Under the pieces are notes generated by a model. That model saw only the letters and a program-made list of their open reading frames with translations, made no database searches and had not been told where the DNA came from. Below are positions 11,509 through 23,720 of a stretch of 64,000 nt of DNA, one piece after another. A program made the position numbers and the translations under genes. Position 1 is the stretch's first letter, and the number at the start of each line of letters is the position of its first letter. Source of the stretch: Octopus vulgaris (Eukaryota); assembly GCA_951406725.2 (NCBI GenBank), contig OX597814.1, forward strand, positions 23,436,001-23,500,000, read 5' to 3'.

Positions 11509-12689
11509 CTTGGGGAAATTTCTAACCTGGGTTCTCATTCCTAAGGTATTTTTCGATGTTATTATTATCATTATTATTATTATCATCATTATTATTATTA
11601 TTAATATTATTGTTTAGGTCACTGCTTGGAATCGAACTTGGAATCTTGAGGTTAGTAGTTCATGCTCTTAACCACTACGCCATATGCCCAGTTAATTGCT
11701 AATCACTATATCTCAAACTGTAGGGTTTTTTTAACCATCTTCTACTCTTTTTTTCCTATTTTGAAAAGGGGCCAATTTTGTCCCATTATTTATAGCTGTA
11801 AAAATCACCCTTGTCTACTTTAGTGAGTAAAAAACTCCTTTTTCAAATAATATAAAACTTCCAGCATAATCATTATTATCTTACTGTAAGAATTATGTAG
11901 ATTAGTATAATTCACTTTCTAGCGATATAACCACATCTTAAAGTTATTTTTCTTTTTACCTACATACAATCCTATAATCTGATCGAATGTAACTTGAATA
12001 AAGAGTCATTAGTGTGTCAGTGTTTCATTGAAATATGCTGCTTATCTATCACTCAACACTGTCATTTCTATTTACAAGGCTTTCTATAACAATTCTGTCT
12101 GTCATGAACTTATTTTCGAAGTTATCTTATGTTGGACAATGGGTTTATTAAGGAAGCTATAGTGAGTTAAACAATGAAACTAAATCTTCATTGCGTTCCA
12201 TTCTTATTTCATTGTGATGAATCCCAGATTATTGTGTTTGAGCCTAATATATATTGTATTGTGAAAACTATTTGCATTAAGAACAAACACAAAAACCAAC
12301 TTAATAATGTGTCACTTCCAACATGTCTCTTACCTTTTCAGCAATGTAACACTCGTTCCACAAGGAAAAAAATTCTTTTGGATAACATTAAGTCAGTAAT
12401 ATTATATGATTCAATTTAGAAACAACTCGGAAGATTTTCCCTATGCTAAATTTATAGCATTTAAGTTAACTAGATTCAGTATTTACTTAGGTGCCCTGCT
12501 TTACGAAGTGAGAGGAAAAGCAGTCTATATCAAAATGAAGTGTGCTTATCCCCATGGACATAAGTTAGTAGTCAAGGATTAAAAAGTTAACTTGTTCAGC
12601 ATAGGATATATATCAGGAGTCCAAGAAAACTAATGATGATGTGTGTTGGCAGAAATTAGAAAGACAAATCACAGTCAATTAACATACTT

Positions 12690-13872
12690 CATCATCAATC
12701 ATCATCATCATTTAACATTTATTATCCATGCTGACATGGTTTGGAAAGTTTGACCGAGGCTGGCCAGCTGGAGGGCTGCACGAGACTCCAGCCTGATGTA
12801 GCATAATTTCTATGGCTGGATGCCCTTCCTAATGCCAACCACTCTGAGAGCATAATGGGTGCGTTTACGTGCCACTGGCATGGTTGCCACTTACATGATA
12901 CCAGTATCTGCCATGACTGCAATATTACTTGGCTTTGTGGGTCTTCTTCTTAAGCATGACATAATGCTAACGGTTTCAGTCATTTGTCATTGCTTCCATG
13001 TGGCCCAGTACTCAAAACAAGCTTTTCATGTGACACCAGCATCAGCCATTTTGCCTCCATGGGGCCCAGCATTTGAAAGATAGTTTTTATGTGTCACCAG
13101 CATGGGTACCAGTTATGTACTACCAGCATCGGCTATTACTACGATTTCACTTAACTTGATGGTTCTTCTCAAGCACAGCATATTGCCAAAGGTCTTGGTT
13201 ACTTGTCATTGACTCTGTGAGGCTCAAAGTTGGAAAATCATGCTTCATGATCTTGTCCCATGTCTACCTCTACCGCAGGTTCCCTCCACAATTAGAGATT
13301 GGCACTTCTTTACACAACTGTCCTCATCCATATGCATCACATGATTATACCAGCGCAGTTGTCTCTCTTTCACCACCACATCTGATATCTCTTATGCTCA
13401 ACTTTTCTCTCAAGATGCTTATACTCTGTCATACACATGCACTGATGTTGCTCTTCCAGCGAAGTGTACTAGCTTAATTTCTTTCTAGCATATACATGTC
13501 CTCAGCTGTCATAGCCTATGTTTCACTGCTGTGTAGCATAGCTGTTTACACACAGGCATCATACAATCTGCCTTTCACTCTAAGAGAGGCCTTTTCACTC
13601 TAAGAGAGGCCCTTTGTTGCCAGCAGAGGTAGGAGCTCTCTGAACTTTGCCCATATTATTCTTTTTCTCACAGCTATGCTCTCGGAGCATCCACCTCCAC
13701 TACTAAATTGGTCACCTAGGTAACAGAAGCTATCTACTACCTCTAGCATACCCCATTGGCAGTTGATGCAGTTTATTTTCTGTACATTTTCAGTGTTTAT
13801 CGCACCTGTGCATATTCACCACACAAAAGCTGTTTTCCCTGTTAACCTTCCTCTGATATTGCCGAACCTTCT
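12690..13872 (-). mobile_element. RTE-clade LINE 3' fragment (~1.2 kb), decayed
   Basis: Homologous to 57925-59240: LEVVDSFCYLGDQFSSGGGCSESIA...KFRELLPLLATKGL-type coding remnant, 3'UTR and (CAT)n tail. Confidence 0.85.
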
Positions 13873-13899
13873 AATTGTCCATAATATATCCTTCTAAAC

Positions 13900-14006
13900 C
13901 TATGGTTTCCAACCTTTACTCAGTGGTTCCCAACAGTAGTTCCCAACCTTTTTATTTAAATGAGTTTTTCCACAGACCCCTTTTAATATGCTTATCTTTA
14001 TGCATG

Positions 14007-14062
<56 letters not shown>

Positions 14063-14142
14063 TTTAGAATTTAGTTCACAGACTGCCAGTACTACCTTTT
14101 CAGACCACCAGAGGTCTGTTGACCCCTGGTTGGGAACCACTG
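13900..14142. mobile_element. hAT (Charlie/Buster-like) MITE
   Basis: TIR CAGTGGTTCCCAAC (13921-13934) pairs with GTTGGGAACCACTG (14129-14142); 8-bp TSD TTCTAAAC (13892-13899) / CTCTAAAC (14143-14150). Confidence 0.8.
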
Positions 14143-14157
14143 CTCTAAACTCATATT

Positions 14158-14192
<35 letters not shown>

Positions 14193-14458
14193 AAATATGC
14201 ATGAATATTGATATTTCACATGTGTCTGACTGGACAAAACAATGCTGATCTGACATTCCTCTCTGACTAATTGCTCTATGCTTTTGAAAACAACTGAAAT
14301 ATGTCCAACGTGTTTGTTGTTCAATAAAACTGATAGATTGTTAACTTACTTTGAAGTAAATGGGGTTGGTTACAAAAAAGGTACATGACCATAAAAACCA
14401 TTGCTCTCAATGTACTCCCTTCTGACCCATGCATGCAAACATAGAAAACTAGACATCC

Positions 14459-14476
14459 AAATGATGATTTTATGTC

Positions 14477-14521
<45 letters not shown>

Positions 14522-14532
14522 GTGTGTATGTG

Positions 14533-14603
<71 letters not shown>

Positions 14604-14614
14604 CATAAAATCAT

Positions 14615-14709
<95 letters not shown>
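14459..14709. repeat. (TA)n microsatellite complex with a 22-bp perfect inverted repeat
   Basis: AAATGATGATTTTATGTCTGTG (14459-14480) and its reverse complement (14598-14619) enclose (TA)n; a further (TA)n follows. Confidence 0.9.
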
Positions 14710-14710
<1 letters not shown>

Positions 14711-14712
14711 CA

Positions 14713-14945
14713 AAAGGCGGCGAGCTGGCAGACACGTTAGCACACCGGGCGAAATGCGTAGCCGTATTTCGTCTGTCGTTACGTTCTGAGTTCAAATTCC
14801 GCTGAGGTCGACTTTGCCTTTCATCCTTTCGGGGTCGATAAATTAAGTACCAGTTTCGCACTGGGGTCGATGTAATCGACTTAATCCCTTTGTCTGTCCT
14901 TGTTCGTCCCCTCCATGTTTAGCCCCTTGTGGGTAGTAAAGAAAT
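14713..14945 (+). mobile_element. tRNA-derived SINE family A, full length and young
   Basis: AAGGCGGCGAGCTGGCAG...GAGTTCAAATTCC (B box)...GCCTTTCATCCTTTCGGGGTCGATAAATTAAGTACC...GTAAAGAAATA; CpGs retained. Confidence 0.9.
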
Positions 14946-14959
14946 ATATATATATCTTT

Positions 14960-15200
14960 GTCTTTTATTTTTTATTTGTTTTAGTCATTACTCTGCCGCC
15001 ATGCTTGGACACCACCTTGAATTTTTAGATAAATGAATCAACTCTAGTATTTCATTTTTTAAGTGTGGTATATATTTCGTCAATCACTTATGCTAAATTG
15101 CTAAGTTATGGGGGATGTAAACACTCCGACACTGGTTGTCAAGTGCTGGTGGGAGAACAAACATAAGCACAAAGATACAAACACACACGCACACACACAC
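14960..15200 (-). mobile_element. 3' half of SINE family B
   Basis: Similar to 34374-34600. Confidence 0.7.
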
Positions 15201-15810
15201 ACTTGCTGCCCCATGCCAGTGGCATGTAAAAAGCACCATCCGAACATGTATTTAAGTACGCATAGGTAAATGAAGACTGAAACACATGAGCATATATATA
15301 TACACACACACACACTTTACTTCACACAAGGACACATATGGAGATACAGGTCCGCACATATGAAGATGCACATCTATTCATACAAACGCGGTACATAGTT
15401 GCAAAACACACACACACCCACACACACTTAGACATGCACACACAAGGAGACAAAGGTACACACACACATATACAAACACACACACACATAGTTACATATA
15501 TATACATAAAAACAAACAAACATGGATGTGCAAATACATGAATATGCAGAATACATACATACAAATATACACACATATATACATATATACATATGCACAC
15601 ATAGATGCATACATACATGCATGTGTAGGCACACACACACTAACCCATGCACATGCACACAAACAAACTAAAAGGAACGCAGTGTGAATAAAGGACAGAG
15701 TCAAAACTATTGAAAAGGTTGCAAGACATAATGAAAATTTTAGAAAAATAAAAAAGAAATAAGGGGAAATTTTACCAGTGAGTGTGTTAAATTATAAGAC
15801 ACTAAAAGAG

Positions 15811-16087
15811 AATGACTCTCCCCAGACACAACAGAATATGTTTCAACACACAAACTCACATAAAGAATCTTGCAAACCAAATCTAAAAACGAAATAAAAA
15901 ATATATTTTTTCTTTTTTACTCTTTTACTTGCTTCAGTCACTTGACCTTGGTCATACTGGAGCACCGCCTTTAGTCAAACAAATCAATCCCAGGACTTAT
16001 TCTAAACATTTATGAATTTGTGTTGCCAGATTCCTGATGAGAAACCGTGTGTTGAAACAGATATTATTTTATTTTGGGAAGGTCATT
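15811..16087. repeat. Diverged ~80-bp inverted repeat enclosing a SINE-B tail
   Basis: 15811-15891 is the reverse complement of 16007-16087 (shared AGATTC...GTGTGTTGAAACA...GGGA..GTCATT). A SINE-B 3' tail lies at ~15910-16003. Confidence 0.65.
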
Positions 16088-16399
16088 TATTTATTTATTT
16101 TATTTATTTATTTATTTATTTATTTATTTGCCAAAGTGAAAATGGAATAAGTGGAGCAAGGGTACACAAGAAGACGGAAAGTGTCACTGAAGGGGTTACA
16201 GATGTGTAACAAAAGATTTTTGGACAATGGACATACGTTAGAATTAAAACAGTAATAAATATATAGTGTGTGTATTTATTTAGCACCCCCCCCCCCCCAA
16301 AAAAAAAATGAACATCACAAAATACAACAATATTATTTTAAAATAAGTTATAAATTCTTTATCAGAATGTCATTAACTTTGTGGAAGAAGTTTCTTTTG

Positions 16400-16439
<40 letters not shown>

Positions 16440-18559
16440 GTATGTATGTATGTATGTATGTATATATTCACATAAAATACTTTCTTACTTTTCATAAAAA
16501 AAGATGAATTTTTAAAAATGGCAAAATATATACTATCCATTCCAGACCAACATTAATTAATCCCAATTCTATTCTTAATATGTTATTACTATCAAGTTAT
16601 ATAATTTCTTTCCCAAGCTCTCATACTTTTTTTATGTGCTATATTTTACAAAATTATTCAGCTTTCTCACATCTAATCTCTATAACTTACATCTGTTTCA
16701 TATCTGTTTTCTTTTTTTACTACCTCAAGCTTATTTGGAAGTAATTTGGTGTGCCATTCACTCAGCTTCACAATGAATATTTCATTGAATATTTCCCATT
16801 CTTTAAGCTTACCGAATTATTTCTTTGCCACAAATCTAATATCTAATACTAATACTCCCTTGCAATTTTTTCTTGTTGCCTTCAGTATAAATTCTATTCA
16901 GGTTTTACAATCATATTTTGTACTTCTTGACCAAAATGGAGTCATATTAATACAACTAGAACCTCCTTAGATGCACAAACTAATTTTACTAGCCATGTTA
17001 TTTCCATGATAAGTGATAGATAGACAACAAAATAAGTTTGGCATTATTCAATTGAAACTTGGGACATGACTAGCAGTTAGAAAGTTTGAAATTTCTGATA
17101 TCACATAGGAGTTGATAAAATATTTTTTGCATGATCTTTCTACAGTGTATTGCTTTATTTTCATTGAAGAATTACAATTCCTCTAGGAAATGTTTGCACA
17201 AACTCACATACATAAATATGTATACTAATTAATTTCTTAATAATACAAGAATTTTGCTAAGAACACACACACACATGTATGTGTGTGCACACACATAAAA
17301 TGTGTTTGTACACATGTGTGTTTCCATGTGTGTGAGTGAGTATACATACATGTTGAATGGATATACAGGCATTCAAATGAATAAAAGATAATTGTGAGAA
17401 GAGAAATGAAGCAGACAGCGAACCTATCTCTGGTTCTCCCACATTCTCCAGCATACTACTGTTCAATCGGTATAAGTTATAGGTTCAGCAACAAATAATC
17501 ATAAAGGTTTCTTCTTATTTAGCACAATGTAACATTGCACTATGCGCAATGCATATAAATACATACTTATTAAGCCAGTTAGCCTACAAACAAACACCTA
17601 TTCAGTATTATACATGCACATAAATAATCAATCATAAATATGTGTGTGTGTGTGTGTGCAAATAAACATTTTGGCATCAAATAGTTTTGAATTAGCTGGT
17701 GACTGAACAACATAACTTTGAAATTGTAAAGAAGCAACTATCTTGAGAACACGATGCTCAATAATTGAATCATATTTCCTGAAGTAAAAATCTGCAGATG
17801 TTTGTATAAATTATGATTGCCAGAAGAAATAGGTGTTATAGAGAATCAACTTAAAGACTGAGCAATGTGTCATGCTTTTTAAATTTTACATGGATTTTCT
17901 TTGTTTATGCTGTTACCTAACATATATGGCAACATTTTACATAAAATTCCCAGTTAAAGAAATAATCGTATCATCAATAAGGAAAAATGTGCATAGCTTT
18001 TAAAGTCTATCCTTTTTAGTTTTCAAATATAAAAAAAAATAATAACATTGCTAATAATATGAAATTCTGAAGTAAATCAATATTTTCTTTACAGATTAGC
18101 CAATGTTGATTTCTTGTAATGTTAGAGAAATGAAATATTCATGAGATAACAGGGTCTGACATTTCTAAAGTTATAGCGAAAGTAGTCATCAGCCGCCTTT
18201 TCTTTTTATCCTTTTTTACACATAGAGAAAACAATTTTAACAGTATGTGACTAAAGTACATATTCTATTTCAACCAATCAAAAAGAAACACAAAAAAAAA
18301 CATCCTTCATCTAAACGAATCAATTTATGAAGTTCTGTAAGAAAATAGTAATGCAAAATTTAGCAAAATATTAAAAAATAGAAAAGTCTGGTAAATACTT
18401 GAAAGTTGTGAAATTTGCTGATTCTACACTACACTTTTAATTTCAGTTCAATCAATGATTCTCTTTAAATGACTTTTTCTTTTTTTGTTTTTTGTTGATG
18501 GGACACCATATAATTTAAAGGACAAAAGAGAAACTGGGTGTAGATGTACATTATGCATG

Positions 18560-19040
18560 TAATATTCTACATTGAAGTTAATTGGCTTGGGGTGATGTAC
18601 CTTTAATATAAACCGTATGGAAGTTAAAACAAGAGATCAGTTAGTTATGGCACTAAATAAGAACTTTAATATGTTTTAGGAAATAGATACCTCAGTCAAA
18701 TCAAAATCAAGCTGTTCACTGCAACAACATATGACAAATGAATACCTTTATGGAGACCCACTAAAAGTTAGGGAGAAGATCAGGCAAAGGTGACTGCACC
18801 TATCTAGTCACTGCATGTGCTACCCTGAGCTGGAGGCATCTACATTAACCTTATGGAACCCACTCATGGTGATGTAAGAAGAGGAAAATTTTGTCATACT
18901 TACACTGACTACTTGATTGCAGACATTGGCCAGGAATATATCCAAGACCTCAAGGCAGTGATGTTGAACCGAGAAGATTGGTAGGTAGACTTGGTTGCTG
19001 TGGCCTGGGTTGGAGCCCAGCGGTAATAATAATAATAATG

Positions 19041-19100
<60 letters not shown>
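18560..19100 (+). mobile_element. RTE/RTE-X-like LINE 3' end with (TAA)n tail
   Basis: Translation QQHMTNEYLYGDPLKVREKIRQR*LHLSSHCM...LW.PTHGDVRRGK...YTDYLIADIG...MLNREDW, followed by (TAA)n at 19024-19100. Confidence 0.75.
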
Positions 19101-19439
19101 TACACATCAGTAAGCCAAGTTTACTAAAAGAGTCATAGATATAAATATTTCTTAGTAAATTAAAATGTTGATATATGGGTTGGGCTTACTGACTAAAAAT
19201 TGACAAAAAAATATTACTAACTGTATCTAATTTATAAAAAGAACAGGAGATGCTTATTTAAATATTATGGAATAAGAGTAAACTATAAGCAAAATATATT
19301 CCATATTGAATACTTCTATTTCTAGTTAGCATTCATTATCATATATTGGATCATGCTATATCCTCAGGCACCCAAATTCATTTTAATTCCCAATATGTTA
19401 TTAAGTGTAGCATCTATTGCATCTCGTATTCACCCCTAC

Positions 19440-19655
19440 AAAATAGTATATCCAGTGATAAGCACTACAGAACAGGTAATATTTTTATGACAGTGTAGGT
19501 TGGCATTAAGAAGGGCATCCATCTATAGAAACCATGCCAAAGCAAACATTGGATCACAATGCAGTCTTCAGGACCATCAGATCTTGTCAAACTGTCCAAT
19601 CCCTGATTGCATGGTACATAGTTGTTATATGATGATGCTGATGATGATGATGACA
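19440..19655 (+). mobile_element. RTE 3'UTR tail fragment
   Basis: GTTGGCATTAAGAAGGGCATCCA...AACTGTCCAA.CC..(GAT)n, shared with the other RTE tails. Confidence 0.7.
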
Positions 19656-20122
19656 TGTGAGTGTGAGTATGTGCATGCCCATACGTGCACAAACACACAC
19701 ACACAGAGGCATATATGTTTCTTGTCCACCCACAACATCATTTACTCTGAATTTCAATTTCATTACTAACTGTGCATCCATCATTAACTGTATAATTCAT
19801 TATTAACGCACCATCTAAACACCATTTGTCTCTGGTATTACTGAAAACATCATCTAGTAATAATGCAAAATAAATAAAAGCAACAATATATTTTACTCAA
19901 CGACAAAAAAAAATTAATTAACTAATTACACTTCTTCCAAAACAGTCAATCACTTTCTTCTAAAGAGGCTATCTCTTTCTTCTAAGAGGCTATCTCCAAC
20001 TTATGCAAAATATGACTGAGCAGTTTGTGAAATCACTAATCTCATTAAAACCTTGTGCAGTCAAAGCAAAGACAGTAAAATGAATGTTATCATCATTATT
20101 ATTATAACCACTGTTCCATTCT

Positions 20123-20253
20123 TTTCAACTTTAGGCACAAGGCCTGGAATTTTTTGTAGAGTGGGCCAGTCGATTAGATCGACCCCAGTACGCAACTAGT
20201 ACTTAATTTATTGACGCCGAAAGATTGAAAGGCAAAATCGACCTTGGTAGAAT
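20123..20253 (-). mobile_element. 5'-truncated SINE family A variant
   Basis: GTCGATTAGATCGACCCCAGTACGCAACT...GAAAGGCAAAATCGACC; 15-bp TSD CCACTGTTCCATTCT (20108-20122, 20254-20268). Confidence 0.8.
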
Positions 20254-22329
20254 CCACTGTTCCATTCTGGCATGGGTTGAAGAAGTCTTCTTGGGGTAAT
20301 ACCCTATGATAAGATGACTTTCCTTATGCCAACCCTTAATTGTTTACAAATAGGGTACTTTATTCCATGACTTTGGCTGAACTGTTAAACTCCCAAAAGT
20401 TTAGTACATAGACATAAACAATAGTGCCACTGTTTCTACAGTGCCAACAAAGAGAAATAGACTCATGAATATAACTGGAAAGTCCCTTGCTTTCAGTAAA
20501 AAATAATACAGAAGGATCAGTTAATTATGATTTTATTGAACATATTTTCCTCTTAGATTGATACACTTATTGCAGTGGTCCTCCAGTTTTTCTAAACCAT
20601 ATAAAAGAACAGAGAAGGTTGGTCCTCCAACCAAGCCTTTCACAGGATCCTTAATACCAGGAACTACACACAGAACTGTAGATGCACGCACATACACAAG
20701 CACACACATGTACACACACAAGCACACACGTGTACATACATGCATGCATGTGGGTGCACATCCATACCTGTGCACACACATCTGTACACCTGCATATGGT
20801 GAGCAGATGCATATGCCCACTCATGTACATACTTGCACACACATATACTCATATGGTCATGCACAAGGGGTGTGAGTATGTGGGTAGACAGGCATCGAAA
20901 AGCGTAGGGGATTAGTGATTTGCAGTGCTGTTCAGGGGGGTTTATTTATAATGGTGACCTTGGTGCATGCAATGCTTGGGATGACTGATACTAAGAAGGT
21001 ATATCTGGGTTGTGAGCAGCCAGTGGCTTGAAATTTACCAGAAGTGTGTATCTCTGGTGACAGCAATACAATACCTCATATTTCTTGTTGATGGATACTG
21101 TGGGTTGGTAGATGATATGCAGTTTTTGTGGAGCCACAGCTAGCAATTAGGGGTGCTAGGTGAATACAGTGGCACCCTGTCGATAATAGTTCACTTGATG
21201 CTGGGTCTTTCATCTTGGAGGTCCCAAAGTCTCCAGAGAAAGCTCGACAGGGAAGTGGAGTTCTCTCTGTCCCTGAATATAAATGAATGCAAGTGCTGGA
21301 AATATCTTCCCTTGAAGTCATTAGCTGTCATGACTGTGTAGGTCCTAGTCATGCCATTGGATGATGTAAGGGTGGTTCTGTATATAAAAACCCCTTAATG
21401 CTTGAGGCTTACATTAGTGAGCCTATGTGAGAACTTCTACGTGGTGGCTTAACCTGCAAGAAATATCACTTGCCACTGTCTCATATCACATACTACTGTC
21501 TTAAAAAGGAAAAGGACAAATCTAAAAAAAAAGATGGGATTGTTTGACCATAGATGTAATTCACTGAAACTCATTTGAATCAAAGCAATAACTCATTCAA
21601 AGACTTTCTGTAATTTGCTATTTACAAATGGAATAAGCTTCTTGATGATATGATTCAGAGGATTTAATATAAGCTCTTTCAAAGACTGAATAGACAAACA
21701 ATTCTTGTTATTTTTCCCTTCAACATGGAGTGAATTATAACTTGGTCCATTAGGTCCTGTTCTGAGCTCAAATACCCAGCCAGGTTATTGTTTATGAATA
21801 CTTGTAATGTTTTGTTTTTAATCTTATACAATTAAATTTAACATCTCATAGAAGCACTTATTCTGTAAAATGTTTTGAAGAATATTTTAACGGTTAATGA
21901 AATAAATATATATGTAGCACGAGACTTCGATGTCCTACTGATCAGTACAACTACTTCCACATAATTGTAAGCTATGATTATGACATAATATATGAAGGGA
22001 GTGTTAATTTTGCTAAATTTCTGACGTAGATGTTATTATCTTCAAAATAAGCTTCACCCAGTTAATCAAGCAGCTGGCTAGATACCAATCAAATTAATCT
22101 GTGAGTCACATTAGTTAGCTCTGATGACAAAGTCAGACAAATGGAGAGTTGAAAACACAAACTTAAATCCCAGAAGAGAAATGTGTTCCTCAATATAAAT
22201 TAGTTGTAACTAGATTTGTTTTAAGAAAAGTGAAAAGGAGAAGAAATTCCTTAAACAATTGTGAAGAAGGTATTCTACTCAAAAGATATTTCTCTGCTAG
22301 TATGTTTGAGATGATACTACAATATATCT

Positions 22330-22760
22330 GCTCAGGATGCTCTCACAAACTTTTACCTATGTATGATTGCAAGATATATATATATAAGAGATAAGCTTGA
22401 ATCTACTGTTAAGGCTCTTCAAGGTGTTTGATGATTTGATGGTGAATAATATATAATGGAAATGTCTGTAGCTGTGAAAGACAGCAAGAACAAGGGAATT
22501 ATATCTGAAGGTTGAATGGAAAAGGCCAATGTCAAATTTACTTCGATGGATGAGAAACTAGATATAGAAACTTTAGTAACATCTAATGGTATTGCTTTAC
22601 ATGATAAGAACTGTAAGTGTGAAATATTTTGAATTGCAAAGCAGTATGTTCAAGATTCAGATGTCATAAACAGCCAGAATGTGACAGAATATTTCTTCAG
22701 TTTAGACATATTTTTCTATAATAGTTTGCTCTGAAGGAAAGAGATGTAGACATTTTTTAT
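22330..22760 (+). pseudogene. Possible ancient L1/Tx1-like ORF2 linker remnant
   Basis: Broken translation EKANVKFTSMDEKLDIETLVTSNGIALHDKNCKCEIF resembles the EN-RT linker of L1/Tx1 elements. No catalytic motif is visible. Confidence 0.25.
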
Positions 22761-23502
22761 GTGTTAACAGTTTCTTTGGATATTTAAAGTACTGACTCTT
22801 CTAACCATTTGCATATTCTTCTTAGACTCCTCTTTTTGGAATCATGTCTTCAGATTCTGTAAATAAATTTAATTAGATTCAGATAATAATTATTTCTAGT
22901 AAGGGAACAGTGATAGGACTTGATGTTTCTAACATTGTGATTTCTGGTCTCATAAAGCAAATTTTTGGCAGGAGCTAAATTCCTAGAAGTTGATGATATT
23001 CCCAAAGAGAGGGTCTTCATTAATGGTGCTCAGAAATATAAGTAACATGCAAGATCTTTGCCAATCATTTGGTAATAATGCTAGTATTCTTTATTTATTT
23101 TTAATTAAATTAATTTAAAAGGATTTAATTATATTAACTTAAATTATTGTCAACTCACTTTACATGCAACATGTTTGTATAAGCTTGAACAGTCCTCCCA
23201 AGCTATTTGTCTACACCTACTTTCCTCGGTGAACACTAAATTACTGTACATTATGATATTCCTTTTTCAAATCACCCATTTTTCTGCACTAGATGAAGGA
23301 CATATTTTGAGAGATGATTTTTACAGCTAGTCACTCTTCCTGCCACTAGAGTTTATCTGTTTTGCAAGTAAAGAAGTTTTTGATTCTACAGGTTTCCAAA
23401 AGCATAGACTCACTGGTCGTAATGTCAACAATGAAAGTAAACAACATATCATCATTTCGATCATGTATAGCCATGGGATATCAAACATTGATGCACACAC
23501 AC

Positions 23503-23720
23503 ACATTCACACAAATATATATACACACATACATACATACATGTGTGCGTGTGAGTCTGCATGTGTTGGTATGTGTATGTATGCATGTATATATGTATGT
23601 ATACATGCATGCATGTATGTATGTATGTATGTATGTATGTATGTATGTATGTATGTATGTATGTATGTATGTATGTATGTTTGTATGTATGTATGTATAT
23701 GTATATGTAAATGTATGTAT
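23503..23720. repeat. (CATA)n/(TATG)n microsatellite
   Basis: Visible tandem TATG array. Confidence 0.95.

Larger units (their letters stand above)
10643..11689 (-). mobile_element. tRNA-headed SINE containing a hammerhead motif, split by an RTE insertion
   Basis: Head GGGCATATGGCGTAGTGGTTAAGAGC...AGTTCGATTCC (A and B boxes, ~11620-11689), then (TAA)n, hammerhead at 11465-11508, and a tail that appears to resume at 10707-10643 after the RTE insert. Confidence 0.75.

Noticed and set aside
11615-11689. tRNA genes (also at 51327, 55640 and 60237)
   Set aside because: A/B boxes are present but there is no complete cloverleaf; each continues into a SINE body.
14321-15704. Many overlapping ORFs rich in YI/HT/CV repeats (also at 20.5, 23.4, 35.0, 51.8 and 59.2 kb)
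   Set aside because: Translations of (TA)n, (CA)n, (TATG)n, (TAA)n and (GAA)n microsatellites; no coding signal.
16030-16065. CTGATGA...GAAAC hammerhead-like motif
   Set aside because: Stems I and II do not pair properly, and the homologous inverted arm lacks the core.
20930-21380. GC-richer block with faint PLE-linker resemblance on the minus strand
   Set aside because: No diagnostic motif is recoverable by eye.
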